Assembly: GCA_963981035.1 (NCBI GenBank)
Contig: CAXCCF010000002.1
Coordinates: 15,578-79,577 of the forward strand
DNA: 64,000 bases
Direction: 5' to 3'
Origin: an uncultured euryarchaeote
GTDB taxonomy: Archaea > Thermoplasmatota > Poseidoniia > Poseidoniales > Poseidoniaceae
Part shown: positions 37,431 to 47,270 of the stretch, piece by piece
Numbering within the stretch: position 1 is the stretch's first letter
Layout: each line of letters opens with the position of its first letter
Program-made: the position numbers and the translations under genes
Notes under the pieces: model-generated
The model's input: the letters and a program-made list of their open reading frames with translations, nothing else
What the model was told of the DNA's origin: nothing
The model's database searches: none

Positions 37431-38759
37431 ATGTCTTTGTTATTAGAAACAGACAAAGACAATACTGTCAATTCTCATGTTGATGAGTTTACAAATCGAA
37501 TGACATTAGTGATTGTTTCAGCACTAATATTTACCGCTATCTGGATGAATTGGATTGATTCTATTCTTACTCAATTATTACATATAATGCAACCATGCTC
37601 AAGTGGATGCTTAAATCTCTATGACCCTGCTAGATGGAGCGCTGTCCGTTGGTTATCTGCCACAATATTAGGAATATTGTCATCTATTCCAATCTTAATA
37701 CATCAATCATATTCATTTGCAAAATCAGGGTTACTACCAAGTGAAAAAAAATGGTTCTTGTATTGGGCCATCGGCGGCATTATAGGAATATTATCAGTAA
37801 TGTCAATCACGATTCTACTAATTGTCCCATATGCATTTTCTATTGGACATTCAAGCAATATCAGTATGGGATTTACAGCAAAATATGATGCTCCATTGAT
37901 GCTACAATTTGCAATATCACTAGTTTGGGCTCAGATGTTGATAGTAATTGCCGGATTGGCTATGGTAATTGCCGGAATCACCGGTAATCTAAATCAAAAA
38001 ACTGCTGATTGGTGGAGGCTAAGAGTTCATGGGATGTTGGTAATGCTACTTGCATTGTCATTACCAGATGTTGGTGGTATGATTGTTTTCAGTATTATTC
38101 TGGCATCAATATTTGCAGTTGAAATCATTTCACTTCGCTGGACAAATATTGAGCCTAATACAATTAATTCAAAATCACATATTTATGATTTTGAAGGGGC
38201 AAAAAGAAATATTCTAATTGCTGATTGTCGATGTGATGGAGGTTGTGAATCAATACTAACAGATAATAAATCCAACCTCGATATAATGTCATTTGAGGGG
38301 CTTTGTAATGATAGAAACGAACGTCTTTCACTATTGGATGAAATTAGGGTTAATCGCGTAACAGATGTACTTATCACTGGATGTGATACCAAACCACTAC
38401 CACATTTATTCAAAAGTAATTGTCATTCCTTAAGTTGTGATGTTAGGGGATTAGAATTAATGCAAGTACAGTCATACCGAACAACTCCGCAAAATCAACT
38501 CGGCTTAGATATTGCACTTGCAATCGCTGGCCAAAACAATCCATGGTTAGCCGAGGACCTACCCTTTAGGTTGGTTGAAGTTCTGAAAAACACAGCAACT
38601 TTACCAAAAGCAATTGTATTGGATTCAAGATCTGCTGATAGGCGCTGGGGATTACAACTTGACCCAGATACAGCGTTTGTTAATGTAAATGGATGTGACA
38701 TCAAGGCAATTATTAATGAATTGTCAGCATTTAATATCAAAATAAATACATTGAATTAA
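37431..38759 (+). CDS. tatC: TatC-like protein fused to a Cys-rich soluble domain
   Basis: SHVDEFTNRM (H..E...R), PILIHQSYSFAKSGLLPSEK, six TM helices; C-terminal CRCDGGC..LC..GC. Confidence 0.65.
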   Translation: MSLLLETDKDNTVNSHVDEFTNRMTLVIVSALIFTAIWMNWIDSILTQLLHIMQPCSSGCLNLYDPARWSAVRWLSATILGILSSIPILIHQSYSFAKSGLLPSEKKWFLYWAIGGIIGILSVMSITILLIVPYAFSIGHSSNISMGFTAKYDAPLMLQFAISLVWAQMLIVIAGLAMVIAGITGNLNQKTADWWRLRVHGMLVMLLALSLPDVGGMIVFSIILASIFAVEIISLRWTNIEPNTINSKSHIYDFEGAKRNILIADCRCDGGCESILTDNKSNLDIMSFEGLCNDRNERLSLLDEIRVNRVTDVLITGCDTKPLPHLFKSNCHSLSCDVRGLELMQVQSYRTTPQNQLGLDIALAIAGQNNPWLAEDLPFRLVEVLKNTATLPKAIVLDSRSADRRWGLQLDPDTAFVNVNGCDIKAIINELSAFNIKINTLN

Positions 38760-38807
38760 CACTCTAATTGCACCAACGTTGAAACGATTTGAGCGTTAGG
38801 CGATGTC

Positions 38808-40949
38808 ATGCGAACTGCTTTCGGAGTGCCATTATTGGTCATTCTTCTCCTTGCAAGTTCGTGGTCTTATTCAAATGGAGAGACGATTGAAGAATGGATG
38901 CGTGAAAATGCTATAGTTGTTGAATCTGATGATGATTCACCTGTGCTGAAATTACAGCATGATGAGCGATGGTTAGTTCTAATTGTTGATTTTGAGCAAT
39001 CTCCGGCAAATTCTGTTTGGGGTCCTACTCAAGCAAGGACCATTCTTCAAGATAGTGCGGTAAGTTACATTGACCAACTAAGTGGAGGTAAATCGTCGGT
39101 GGAAATATTTGTTGCTGATGATGTCACTAGAGCAACTGGTGTATTAGCAGATTATGGGGCTGATATTAATGGGCAAAGAGATGTTGATTCCGAGGGTAAT
39201 TTTCTGCCTATGGATTTAGCGCAGCAAACAGTAGAAAGCCATATTTCAAGCGTTAATTGGAGCCAATTCGATTTAGATGGAGATGGATGGGTTGACCGAT
39301 TGTTAATACTGCATACAACTAATGGTCAAGAAGAGAACACCGGTTCAAGTGATAGAATATGGAGTCATTTTACAACTTTTAAGGAACCAATTACTATTTC
39401 TGGTGACCTAAAGGTAGGCCACTACACAATGTCAAGTTTGAGAACTGGTTCCAGCGGAATAGGAACAATGCTTCACGAAATGCTCCACCAAATGGGCGCA
39501 TTAGATTTGTATCCTGTGCATGATTCCTTTCAAACTCATCAATGGAAGGGAGTTGGTGATTGGGACATTATGGCCAGTGGAAATTGGAATGGCGGTGGTT
39601 CTTGGCCTGCTCTACCCACTGCTGCAAGCCTAGAATTAATCGGTGCTGAGCGCCAGCAAATTATGGATTTACAATGGCCGAGTAGTGCAATATCTCCTTG
39701 TATTGGACCGAGTGTAATAATGTCTGGATTGAGTGAAGGAGGCGATACGATGAAAATTCAAATATCACAATCCGAAGTAATTTGGCTCGAATATAGAACT
39801 GATAACGGCTTTGATTCGCATTTACCAGGCTCTGGTCTCCTCGTTACTTACCAAGACAAAAGTGTTGGAAATGTTGAACAAAATGAATTGAACCGAGACC
39901 CTAAACAGCCTTGGTTATCTGTGATTGAAGCCGATGGTAGAACTGATATGACCAGTGGAAGCAATAGTGGTGAGGCGGATGATTTATTCAATTCGGGGCA
40001 ATTTGGTGCTAGTGGAGTGAAAATTTTCGACCACGATGGAATATTGGTTCCATGGATTGCCACAGTTGAAAATAGTGATAATTTCTATGTAAATTTTACC
40101 GCACCTAATTGCTCACCTACATTAGAACTGGATCTCCAAGATCATGGATATGTAATCCTACCAGATGATAATTTTGTGTTTACTGCTACTAGTTCAGAAG
40201 AATGTTTAATGGAATTGGATTTGCTATTATCTGATGGGAATAGAATTATTTTCAACAATGAGCAAGAGGCTCAAATGAACATCGGGGTAAAGGAATTCTC
40301 GGCTACAATTAACGGCACTAGAAATCCGCAAACACAATCGGCAGTTACTGGCTCAATATCTTGTGGTACATCATATTTTGAGATAAATACTCTAATCTTA
40401 ACCTTGGGTAAAATACCTATAGCAGGTGAAATTTCTGGAATAATAGATACAAATCAGATACAACAAAAATCTCTTATCATTGATTCTGATGGAACCTTTT
40501 CAAATTCATTTAGAGTTGAAATTACCGGTCCATTATCAAGAATTGCTGAAACAAATGAAGAAATTACTTTAGATGAATCGAGTGAATTAATCATAGATAT
40601 TGACCCAAAGGGATTATTGACTGATGGAATGGTTGTAAATGGTGAAATTGTGTTGATTTCATTTTCTGGACATCGATGGGAGTATCCTGTTGAGTTTGTT
40701 GCCAAATCTGATTCTTCAGAACTTGGGCAACAGTGGAGAAAACCATCGAACATGCTTGCAGCAGCTGGAATTTTGGCAATGCTATGGACTCTTCTTAGTA
40801 TGAGAGACACAAAAGTAAACAATAGAATATTGTTAGAAAAAATGAACAGTATGGAAGGAGTGTCTGAAATGATTAGCCATTCAGAGAAAGAAATACACTC
40901 TGAAGAAACCCCTCAAGAGGTTGACTCATGGGGACGATTGATAGATTAA
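38808..40949 (+). CDS. M6-family (immune inhibitor A-like) metalloprotease, membrane anchored
   Basis: FDLDGDGWVD, IWSH, HEMLHQMGALDLY, WDIMASG.W, EYR..GFD..LPGSG. Confidence 0.88.
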   Translation: MRTAFGVPLLVILLLASSWSYSNGETIEEWMRENAIVVESDDDSPVLKLQHDERWLVLIVDFEQSPANSVWGPTQARTILQDSAVSYIDQLSGGKSSVEIFVADDVTRATGVLADYGADINGQRDVDSEGNFLPMDLAQQTVESHISSVNWSQFDLDGDGWVDRLLILHTTNGQEENTGSSDRIWSHFTTFKEPITISGDLKVGHYTMSSLRTGSSGIGTMLHEMLHQMGALDLYPVHDSFQTHQWKGVGDWDIMASGNWNGGGSWPALPTAASLELIGAERQQIMDLQWPSSAISPCIGPSVIMSGLSEGGDTMKIQISQSEVIWLEYRTDNGFDSHLPGSGLLVTYQDKSVGNVEQNELNRDPKQPWLSVIEADGRTDMTSGSNSGEADDLFNSGQFGASGVKIFDHDGILVPWIATVENSDNFYVNFTAPNCSPTLELDLQDHGYVILPDDNFVFTATSSEECLMELDLLLSDGNRIIFNNEQEAQMNIGVKEFSATINGTRNPQTQSAVTGSISCGTSYFEINTLILTLGKIPIAGEISGIIDTNQIQQKSLIIDSDGTFSNSFRVEITGPLSRIAETNEEITLDESSELIIDIDPKGLLTDGMVVNGEIVLISFSGHRWEYPVEFVAKSDSSELGQQWRKPSNMLAAAGILAMLWTLLSMRDTKVNNRILLEKMNSMEGVSEMISHSEKEIHSEETPQEVDSWGRLID

Positions 40950-42076
40950 TTTCTGCCAGGTAACCAGCGTTTTATTTGTAAGCAATTCCAATCATCTTGT
41001 TGTCCCAGAATGCAGACCCAACTTTTGTGCACACCTTCGGCCAACCTTACGGATAAGCAAATTCCTTCCCATGTAGTTGGTGCATCTGATTCAGTTTGCA
41101 CTAACCAAGGTGCATGCGATTGTTCAACTGCATCATCATATACTCTCCAACGACAGCCAAATTTGAATCCCGGGCGAATAATTAACCCTCTCGACATTAG
41201 GTGAGCGAATAGTGAATTTGTTTGTGATGAATTTGTTTCATTTGAAAGAATTTTTTCCAGCCATTGACTTTCTTCTTTCCTCAGAAGTCTACCACTCATA
41301 TGTTCAATACCAACAGCAGACCAGGCCCATTTCGATTGATTTGGAATATACCAACCATCTCCCCAAGCAAGTTTTTGTTCCCATAGTTGCTGAATAGATT
41401 GTTGTTGTTTAGTTGTAAAATCATTCCATGTTTTTTGGTTTCCATTCATCTCAATAATGTCAAGGCGATACATTGTTACATCCATCTCTTCATCGACAAT
41501 ATAAAGTTCCGGAATATATCCCTGTGATTTGACTTCACTTGCCCATGCTAGTAATTCTGAAATATCTACTGAGTCGGTGGTACAAGCCCAACGAGTCTGT
41601 GCCTCAGGTAGTTGTTTGCTAAAAGATTGGTTTCTTCTCCACCTAACAGCCCATGTATTTGGATGGATTTTTTCTATCAATTCGCTTTTGAGATGATCTC
41701 TAGGGACAATTATTTCTCCCCCACTTCTTGCAACATCGAAAACTACTGCGCGAGCGATGTGTTGTGAATCATTCTCCAATTGCTCTGCAAACCATGTTTC
41801 CTCTGGAAGTGGCATATGACGGTGCCAATGACAGAATAGAACCTCTTCGCTGACCAACAGGATGCCGCCATCCGATGTTGTTTGTCCAAGTCCACTTTTT
41901 TGGTGCAACCTTGAAGCAAGTGGTGCTGAAACAAACCAATAATCACCACGCTTTATTGGAGCAGGATGTGGAATTGCAGGTGCCTCATTCTTTACCGATT
42001 GTGTGCCAAGGGGACGGCGGTTCCTCTGCCTTGGCGTAAACTTGCGACTTTGGTCCCCCATATTGGTGGCTGACAA
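40946..42076 (-). CDS. endA: tRNA-splicing endonuclease (two-unit type)
   Basis: C-terminal RG..IRPGFKFG..WRVY...HAPW...VRLAEGVHK with the Tyr/His/Lys triad; N-terminal degenerate unit ending VDEEMDVTMY. Confidence 0.8.
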   Translation of the reverse strand: MSATNMGDQSRKFTPRQRNRRPLGTQSVKNEAPAIPHPAPIKRGDYWFVSAPLASRLHQKSGLGQTTSDGGILLVSEEVLFCHWHRHMPLPEETWFAEQLENDSQHIARAVVFDVARSGGEIIVPRDHLKSELIEKIHPNTWAVRWRRNQSFSKQLPEAQTRWACTTDSVDISELLAWASEVKSQGYIPELYIVDEEMDVTMYRLDIIEMNGNQKTWNDFTTKQQQSIQQLWEQKLAWGDGWYIPNQSKWAWSAVGIEHMSGRLLRKEESQWLEKILSNETNSSQTNSLFAHLMSRGLIIRPGFKFGCRWRVYDDAVEQSHAPWLVQTESDAPTTWEGICLSVRLAEGVHKSWVCILGQQDDWNCLQIKRWLPGRN

Positions 42077-42200
42077 CTCGCGTTATTGAGTGCGTCGGAT
42101 AATTAGAGGTACGAAATCAGTCTATCAGTTGATATTGTAAAAAGTTGTAACCGATGCTCCTATGTGCTTCCGCCCTCATCGCCAATATAGAGGGGATAAT

Positions 42201-43160
42201 GTGGTCGACGGATTTTTTGGTTCCTTAACTACTGAAGTTAGGATGCTTTTGCATCTTCATGACCATGTAATGCCAGAAGGTGAGTGGGAAGCACCTCTCT
42301 CATTGACGCAGGCAGGAATATCGGCTGCCGTACACGTTCAAAGAAAGCATGTTCCAAGAACTTTGAAAAGATTGGAATCAATAGGTTGCCTAGTGAAAAG
42401 TAAACGCCATATTCCTGGTGCAAAACAGAGGCGAATTGTATACAGTCTAACGCAACAAGGACGCAAAAGGGCTTCTGAATTAAGAAGTGAAATATTATCT
42501 AGAGAAATTGAAAAGGACGGTTCTATGATTGTTATTTCCGAATTAAGAAAGGGTGGACAATTAACCCTTGATTTGTTATCTCATATTGATGAAGCCATGG
42601 TATATCACGAAAATGCCGTAGTTTCACCCGTTTCCAATCCAGACGGTGTTGCTTCATTGGATGCACAAGCAGGAGAGCAATTAGTTAGGAGATTATTTGC
42701 AAGAGCATGGGAGGATGGAAAGATCACCAAAGATGAACAACAATTACTGTCTGAAGTTGTTGAATTTTTAGGAATGCATCCGGAGAGAGTACGCAGATTA
42801 TCTGATGAATCACGTCGCAGCCAAAAGGTACCTCCGCCTGAAGAAATATACCTTGATATGCTAAGACAGGCATTGGTGGACGGGGAATTAGTTGAAGATG
42901 AAATCGCTTTACTAGAGACTGTTAGAGTCGCATTTGGTATAGATCAACTAACACATCAAAAATTATTACAACGCGCTATTGACGAACCTGAATTACCACA
43001 AAATATTGTCACATATCGGGCTACACTGAAAACTGCGCTCGCGGATGGAGTTATCACTGCAGATGAAGATGCAATGCTACAAACTTTGAGAGAAACATTG
43101 AATATTTCACCATCACAACATGCGGAAATTCTTGCCGAGTTACGCGATAGCATCAAATGA
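42201..43160 (+). CDS. Winged-HTH protein with three TerB-like helical repeats
   Basis: LTQAGISAAV..QRKHVPRTLKRL...Y.LT..G; repeats A..DG.I..DE..LL...LG. Confidence 0.6.
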   Translation: MVDGFFGSLTTEVRMLLHLHDHVMPEGEWEAPLSLTQAGISAAVHVQRKHVPRTLKRLESIGCLVKSKRHIPGAKQRRIVYSLTQQGRKRASELRSEILSREIEKDGSMIVISELRKGGQLTLDLLSHIDEAMVYHENAVVSPVSNPDGVASLDAQAGEQLVRRLFARAWEDGKITKDEQQLLSEVVEFLGMHPERVRRLSDESRRSQKVPPPEEIYLDMLRQALVDGELVEDEIALLETVRVAFGIDQLTHQKLLQRAIDEPELPQNIVTYRATLKTALADGVITADEDAMLQTLRETLNISPSQHAEILAELRDSIK

Positions 43161-43193
43161 TGGCCACACAACCACCAAAACGAGGGGACTAAT

Positions 43194-44255
43194 ATGGGCA
43201 TGACTGATGAAGAAGTCGCAATCCACGACCAATTAAACGCGCTAAGAGTTCAAGTAAAATCAATTGAACATAGCAAAGTAGTACTAATCGGTGACATCAT
43301 GTTGGATAGATATATCCATGGATACGCAAATAATCTCAATTCTAACGCACCAGTACCTGTATTGAGAGAAACCAGCAGAGAAGAAGATGTTGGTGGTGCT
43401 GCACATGTTGCAAGAGGATTAATCTCAATGGGAGTAGAGACTCACTTATTTGGCGTAGTCGGCAATGATAGAGCCGGTTTGAATATTTTAGAATCATTGG
43501 AGGATGAAGGAGTTCATTCAACTGGTATCGCAATAGTTGAAGGAATTACAACTACGGTCAAAAACAGACTTCTTGCTACCAGAGAGAGTTTAGTTAGTGA
43601 GGAACAATTACTACTTAGATGGGATATTGAAGGTGATGAGGAAGTTCCTGGTGAAGCAATTGAGGCTTTATTTGGTGAAGTAATATTCCAGATGGATGAT
43701 GCAACTGCTGTAATCATTTCGGATTATGGACAAGGCGTAATTGTTGAAGAAGGTGTTAAGATGATTATCGATGCTGCGTCGGAAAAAAATATTCCAATTA
43801 TTGCTGACCCAAAATTAACAGGTTTGCATCATACACATGGTGTTGATTGGGTAATTTTCCAAGCCAATGGATTGGAATTAATGCGCAGGAGATTGGGTGC
43901 TGACAATGGCGATGCCGCTGCACACCTTCTAATCAAAAATCATAGTTGGAAGAATTTGGTTGTTGTTTGTGGCGCTGGTGGAGTGACAATATATTCAGAT
44001 GATGGAAGTTCTGTTCATGCAGAATGTACATTGGCAGACTTAAGGCAAATGATTGGATTAGTAGATGCTGCTGTTGTTGCGATCGCTGTTGCAATATCAG
44101 AAAAGCTTGGAGTTTCACATACAGCACAATTGGTAAATGCTGCATGCGAATGTATTCTTGCAGCAAGTAGTTCTGATTCATTCGTATTAAGTCGTGATGA
44201 ATTGGTGGATCGTATTGGCGAAATGGCTTGGAATCTTCAAGTATCCAAGCGCTGA
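43194..44255 (+). CDS. PfkB-family protein similar to the HldE/RfaE kinase domain (degenerate active site)
   Basis: VLIGDIMLDRYIHG, APVPV, GGAAHVA, GVVGND, ISDYGQG, ADPK. Confidence 0.8.
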   Translation: MGMTDEEVAIHDQLNALRVQVKSIEHSKVVLIGDIMLDRYIHGYANNLNSNAPVPVLRETSREEDVGGAAHVARGLISMGVETHLFGVVGNDRAGLNILESLEDEGVHSTGIAIVEGITTTVKNRLLATRESLVSEEQLLLRWDIEGDEEVPGEAIEALFGEVIFQMDDATAVIISDYGQGVIVEEGVKMIIDAASEKNIPIIADPKLTGLHHTHGVDWVIFQANGLELMRRRLGADNGDAAAHLLIKNHSWKNLVVVCGAGGVTIYSDDGSSVHAECTLADLRQMIGLVDAAVVAIAVAISEKLGVSHTAQLVNAACECILAASSSDSFVLSRDELVDRIGEMAWNLQVSKR

Positions 44256-44264
44256 GGTGATATT

Positions 44265-44765
44265 ATGAGTCATTGGCCTAGGCCAACTACAGCCGATATC
44301 GGCTTACGGGCATTTTCTAATTCACCTAATAATTTAATTGCTGAAGCGACGATTGGAATGCAGAATATTCTCATGAGTAATGATTCAAATAACAAACTGA
44401 ATAACCATATTCGTCATAACTCGCAGTGGAATGTGAGTATCGATAGTGATGAAAACGATTTATGCTATGATATGTTACTCGTCAACTGGCTGGATGAAGT
44501 TCTTTATCGATGTGAAGTACATCAACAATGGCTAGTAGATTGCCAAATAATGATTGAACATTCTGAAGGTAAACTAAATTTACAAGCGCAAGTTTCTTGG
44601 ATTGACTCAAAAGTCATTACAAGAGAAATTGAAATTAAAGCAGTTACTAGTCACGAATTACTATTTGAAAAAGTATTATCACAACAAGTAATCACTAGTG
44701 AATGGCCAGAAGTTCCTACTTTTGAAGGTCCTGGCTGGTATTGCGATGTAATATTTGATATTTGA
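44265..44765 (+). CDS. Archease
   Basis: TADIGL.A, LLVNWLDEVLY, EIKAVTSH, ends VIFDI; SD GAGGTGA. Confidence 0.9.
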   Translation: MSHWPRPTTADIGLRAFSNSPNNLIAEATIGMQNILMSNDSNNKLNNHIRHNSQWNVSIDSDENDLCYDMLLVNWLDEVLYRCEVHQQWLVDCQIMIEHSEGKLNLQAQVSWIDSKVITREIEIKAVTSHELLFEKVLSQQVITSEWPEVPTFEGPGWYCDVIFDI

Positions 44766-44770
44766 TAATC

Positions 44771-44778
44771 AAAAAAAA
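44771..44778 (-). terminator. Oligo-T terminator of SRP RNA
   Basis: A8 on the + strand, giving T8 directly after the RNA 3' end. Confidence 0.7.
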
Positions 44779-45083
44779 GGTGGGAATCCGAAGGTGGACG
44801 CTCGTACCTACTGGCCAAATCTGCACACTTCCTCCATCCCGAAACCCCACAGCACTCATGGCCCCGAGTAGGGCTGCTCCGTTCCCGGCCTGACCTAATC
44901 CCTCGGTTATCCTATTCCCGTTTTCTTCCGAAGACGGTTCAAAGCACCCGAATCATGTGGGGGCGAGACATCAATGTCCGCATACAGAAACCAATAGGCC
45001 GCTTTCGCCGCCCCAAGGCTTTCAGCCCACCATAAAGACGATTTGTGGTATAGGGTACGCCTAGCTCCCCACCTATCCCATCC
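44779..45083 (-). ncRNA. ffs: Archaeal SRP (7S) RNA
   Basis: Helix 8 GGTCAGGCCGGGAACGGAGCAG; 5' GGATGGGA pairs with 3' TCCCACC; Alu-like 5' domain; about 305 nt, GC-rich, no ORF. Confidence 0.93.
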
Positions 45084-45141
45084 AATCCTAACACTGACTA
45101 TATTTGAATAACACGCATTAGCAACAGTGGAATAATTTGTC

Positions 45142-45546
45142 TTATTCCTCTACTTGCTCTTCATATTTTGATGGGCAAGAGGTTTTGATAATGTCGGCCT
45201 CAAATACATATTCTCCATTTTCAAAAACTAATATTCCTTCAGCATAAACAGTTCTATTATCGCCTAATCCATTGGATACAGATGCCTGAGAAAAATTAAC
45301 TAATACCGAAGAATATTCTCCGTGTAATGTGAAAGTTGAAGTTTCATTGACAATACTTCCGTCTGTTACCTCTCCTCTAATAGCAATGGATTTTCCTAAT
45401 AGTTCATCTGGATCATCCATTAATACATCGATAGTTTTTGTCGGTTCTGGTGCGTCTAAAATTATCACACCGAGTAGACCTATTGTGATCAGTGCGCCGA
45501 TTATTAGAAATCTTGACCTTCTTGCAATCAAATCAATCACTCCCAT
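45142..45546 (-). CDS. ccmE: Cytochrome c maturation heme chaperone CcmE, CxxxY variant
   Basis: N-terminal TM, IRG.V..GSI, V.AEG, FEAD.I.TSCPSKY. Confidence 0.82.
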   Translation of the reverse strand: MGVIDLIARRSRFLIIGALITIGLLGVIILDAPEPTKTIDVLMDDPDELLGKSIAIRGEVTDGSIVNETSTFTLHGEYSSVLVNFSQASVSNGLGDNRTVYAEGILVFENGEYVFEADIIKTSCPSKYEEQVEE

Positions 45547-46660
45547 GAGCACTACCAATTGCCTCTTCTAATGATGTAAAGCCATTTTGTCGCATTTTCA
45601 TTTCAATACCATTTACGACCTGTTTTGTTAATGATGCACCCTCAAAAACAAATCCACTATATGCTTGAATTAATGATGCTCCAGCGCATATTTTTTGCCA
45701 AGCATCTTCACCAGACATTATCCCACCAACTCCTACAATAGGGAATTCTCCGTTGGTCATCTTGTAAATTTTTGAGATCATTTCAGTTGATTTTGATTGT
45801 ACAGGGATGCCGCTCATCCCACCAGTTTGCGCAAATACCTTCTGTTCCTTGCCTGCAACTGCATTTGGCCGGCTAGTTGTTGTATTCGATGCAATGATGC
45901 CACTACAACCATTAGAACGGGCTGTATTTACTATTGCTATCAATTGGTCATCATCAACATCAGGCGAAATCTTCACCAATATTGGTTTTGCTGGTTTTCC
46001 ATGTGTTGCCGATTGTGAATCATTTACTGATTTACATGATTCAATAATTTTCTTCAAATCATCATCCTTTTGCAATTCTCTAAGATTTGGAGTATTTGGT
46101 GATGAAACATTAATCACAAAAATATCACCATATTTCCATAACCTTTGCATGGTAGTGGAATAATCATCAGCTGCATCTTCAAGTTCGGTTAATTTTGATT
46201 TTCCCAAATTTATCCATAACGGTATTTTTGGCCTTCCATACTTGGAGAAATGTTTGTCAAGTTGCAGAGCAGTTTTTTCGCTGCCGGGATTATTGAATCC
46301 CATCCTATTAACCAGTGCCCTCGATTTACCCGCGCGGAACATCCTCGGTTTTGGATTGCCAAGTTGCTCAAGCATAGTTATTCCACCGATTTCCATGAAA
46401 CCCAAGCCCAAGGTTTCCCAGCCACGCAAAGCCTCAGCCCTCTTATCCATTCCAGCCGCAATTCCAAACGGATTGCTAAAATCAGTACCAAATACCGATG
46501 TGGGCACCTGCTTTGATGGTTTGTATAGAATTGATAACGTTCCTCTTGTTACGGGATTTGAAACCATTAATCTCAGTATTTTCAATGCCCTACCATGGGC
46601 TTTTTCAGAATCCTGTACCGCCAGAAGGGGTTTGGCAAAGATGCTATAACCAAGTCCCAT
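45533..46660 (-). CDS. pyrD: Quinone-dependent dihydroorotate dehydrogenase (class 2)
   Basis: E.AH, NPFGIAAGMDK, GNPKPRMFR, NRMGFNN, NVSSPNTPNLR, KISPD, GGMSG. Confidence 0.93.
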   Translation of the reverse strand: MGLGYSIFAKPLLAVQDSEKAHGRALKILRLMVSNPVTRGTLSILYKPSKQVPTSVFGTDFSNPFGIAAGMDKRAEALRGWETLGLGFMEIGGITMLEQLGNPKPRMFRAGKSRALVNRMGFNNPGSEKTALQLDKHFSKYGRPKIPLWINLGKSKLTELEDAADDYSTTMQRLWKYGDIFVINVSSPNTPNLRELQKDDDLKKIIESCKSVNDSQSATHGKPAKPILVKISPDVDDDQLIAIVNTARSNGCSGIIASNTTTSRPNAVAGKEQKVFAQTGGMSGIPVQSKSTEMISKIYKMTNGEFPIVGVGGIMSGEDAWQKICAGASLIQAYSGFVFEGASLTKQVVNGIEMKMRQNGFTSLEEAIGSAHGSD

Positions 46661-46683
46661 GTTTAGTGGGTGATGAAAGGTAT

Positions 46684-46692
46684 TCTTCAAGA
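46684..46692. promoter_or_regulatory. Putative shared bidirectional TATA-like box (TCTTCAAGA)
   Basis: Quasi-palindrome. TTGAAG on the - strand is 30 nt from the pyrD ATG; TTCAAG on the + strand is 30 nt from ATG 46716. Confidence 0.55.
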
Positions 46693-46715
46693 CTTGTGCT
46701 CGCATGGACTACAAT

Positions 46716-47132
46716 ATGCGTATCACTGACCCCCAATGGCCGGCCGTACGTGAAGCATCAAGAAGAATATTAAGATTGCAACAGATTCGAATAATGTTGC
46801 CACATAAATTCCACTCGTTGACAAAAAAAATAATTATACAACTTGGCGAAAGTCAACCTTCTAGAACCACATTTCCAATATTAATGGAATCCAACAAAAT
46901 CAGTATTGAGATGGAAAATGATGAAGATGAATTATCTGGAACAATTGTACAGGTTTCCCATGATGAACCCACTTTGGAAACAGTTTGGATTCGAGGAGAT
47001 GATGAGTTATGGCTGGATGTCTTAGATGCTTGCACTGATTTATTGTCGGCAGGTTACCCCGGATGCATAGGATGTGGAGGCCCTAATTCTGAGAAGAAAT
47101 GGGATGAACAAGTGCATCGTAATAGTTTGTAA
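46716..47132 (+). CDS. Hypothetical protein with C-terminal GCIGC
   Basis: About 138-aa ORF (alternative start 46704). Confidence 0.6.
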   Translation: MRITDPQWPAVREASRRILRLQQIRIMLPHKFHSLTKKIIIQLGESQPSRTTFPILMESNKISIEMENDEDELSGTIVQVSHDEPTLETVWIRGDDELWLDVLDACTDLLSAGYPGCIGCGGPNSEKKWDEQVHRNSL

Positions 47133-47186
47133 TAATATTATTCCGGCGAGTAAAAAAAATTGCAACAAATATAGTTTGATTTTGAC

Positions 47187-47204
47187 TAGATACTAAAGTA
47201 TCTA
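47187..47204. promoter_or_regulatory. Palindrome upstream of topoisomerase gene
   Basis: TAGATACT-AA-AGTATCTA, perfect 8-bp arms. Confidence 0.4.
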
Positions 47205-47270
47205 TTTACAAACCCTTGCAAATCCATCTTAGAGAGGGTTCAAGTATTGTCGGCATTGGCCTTCAATTTC

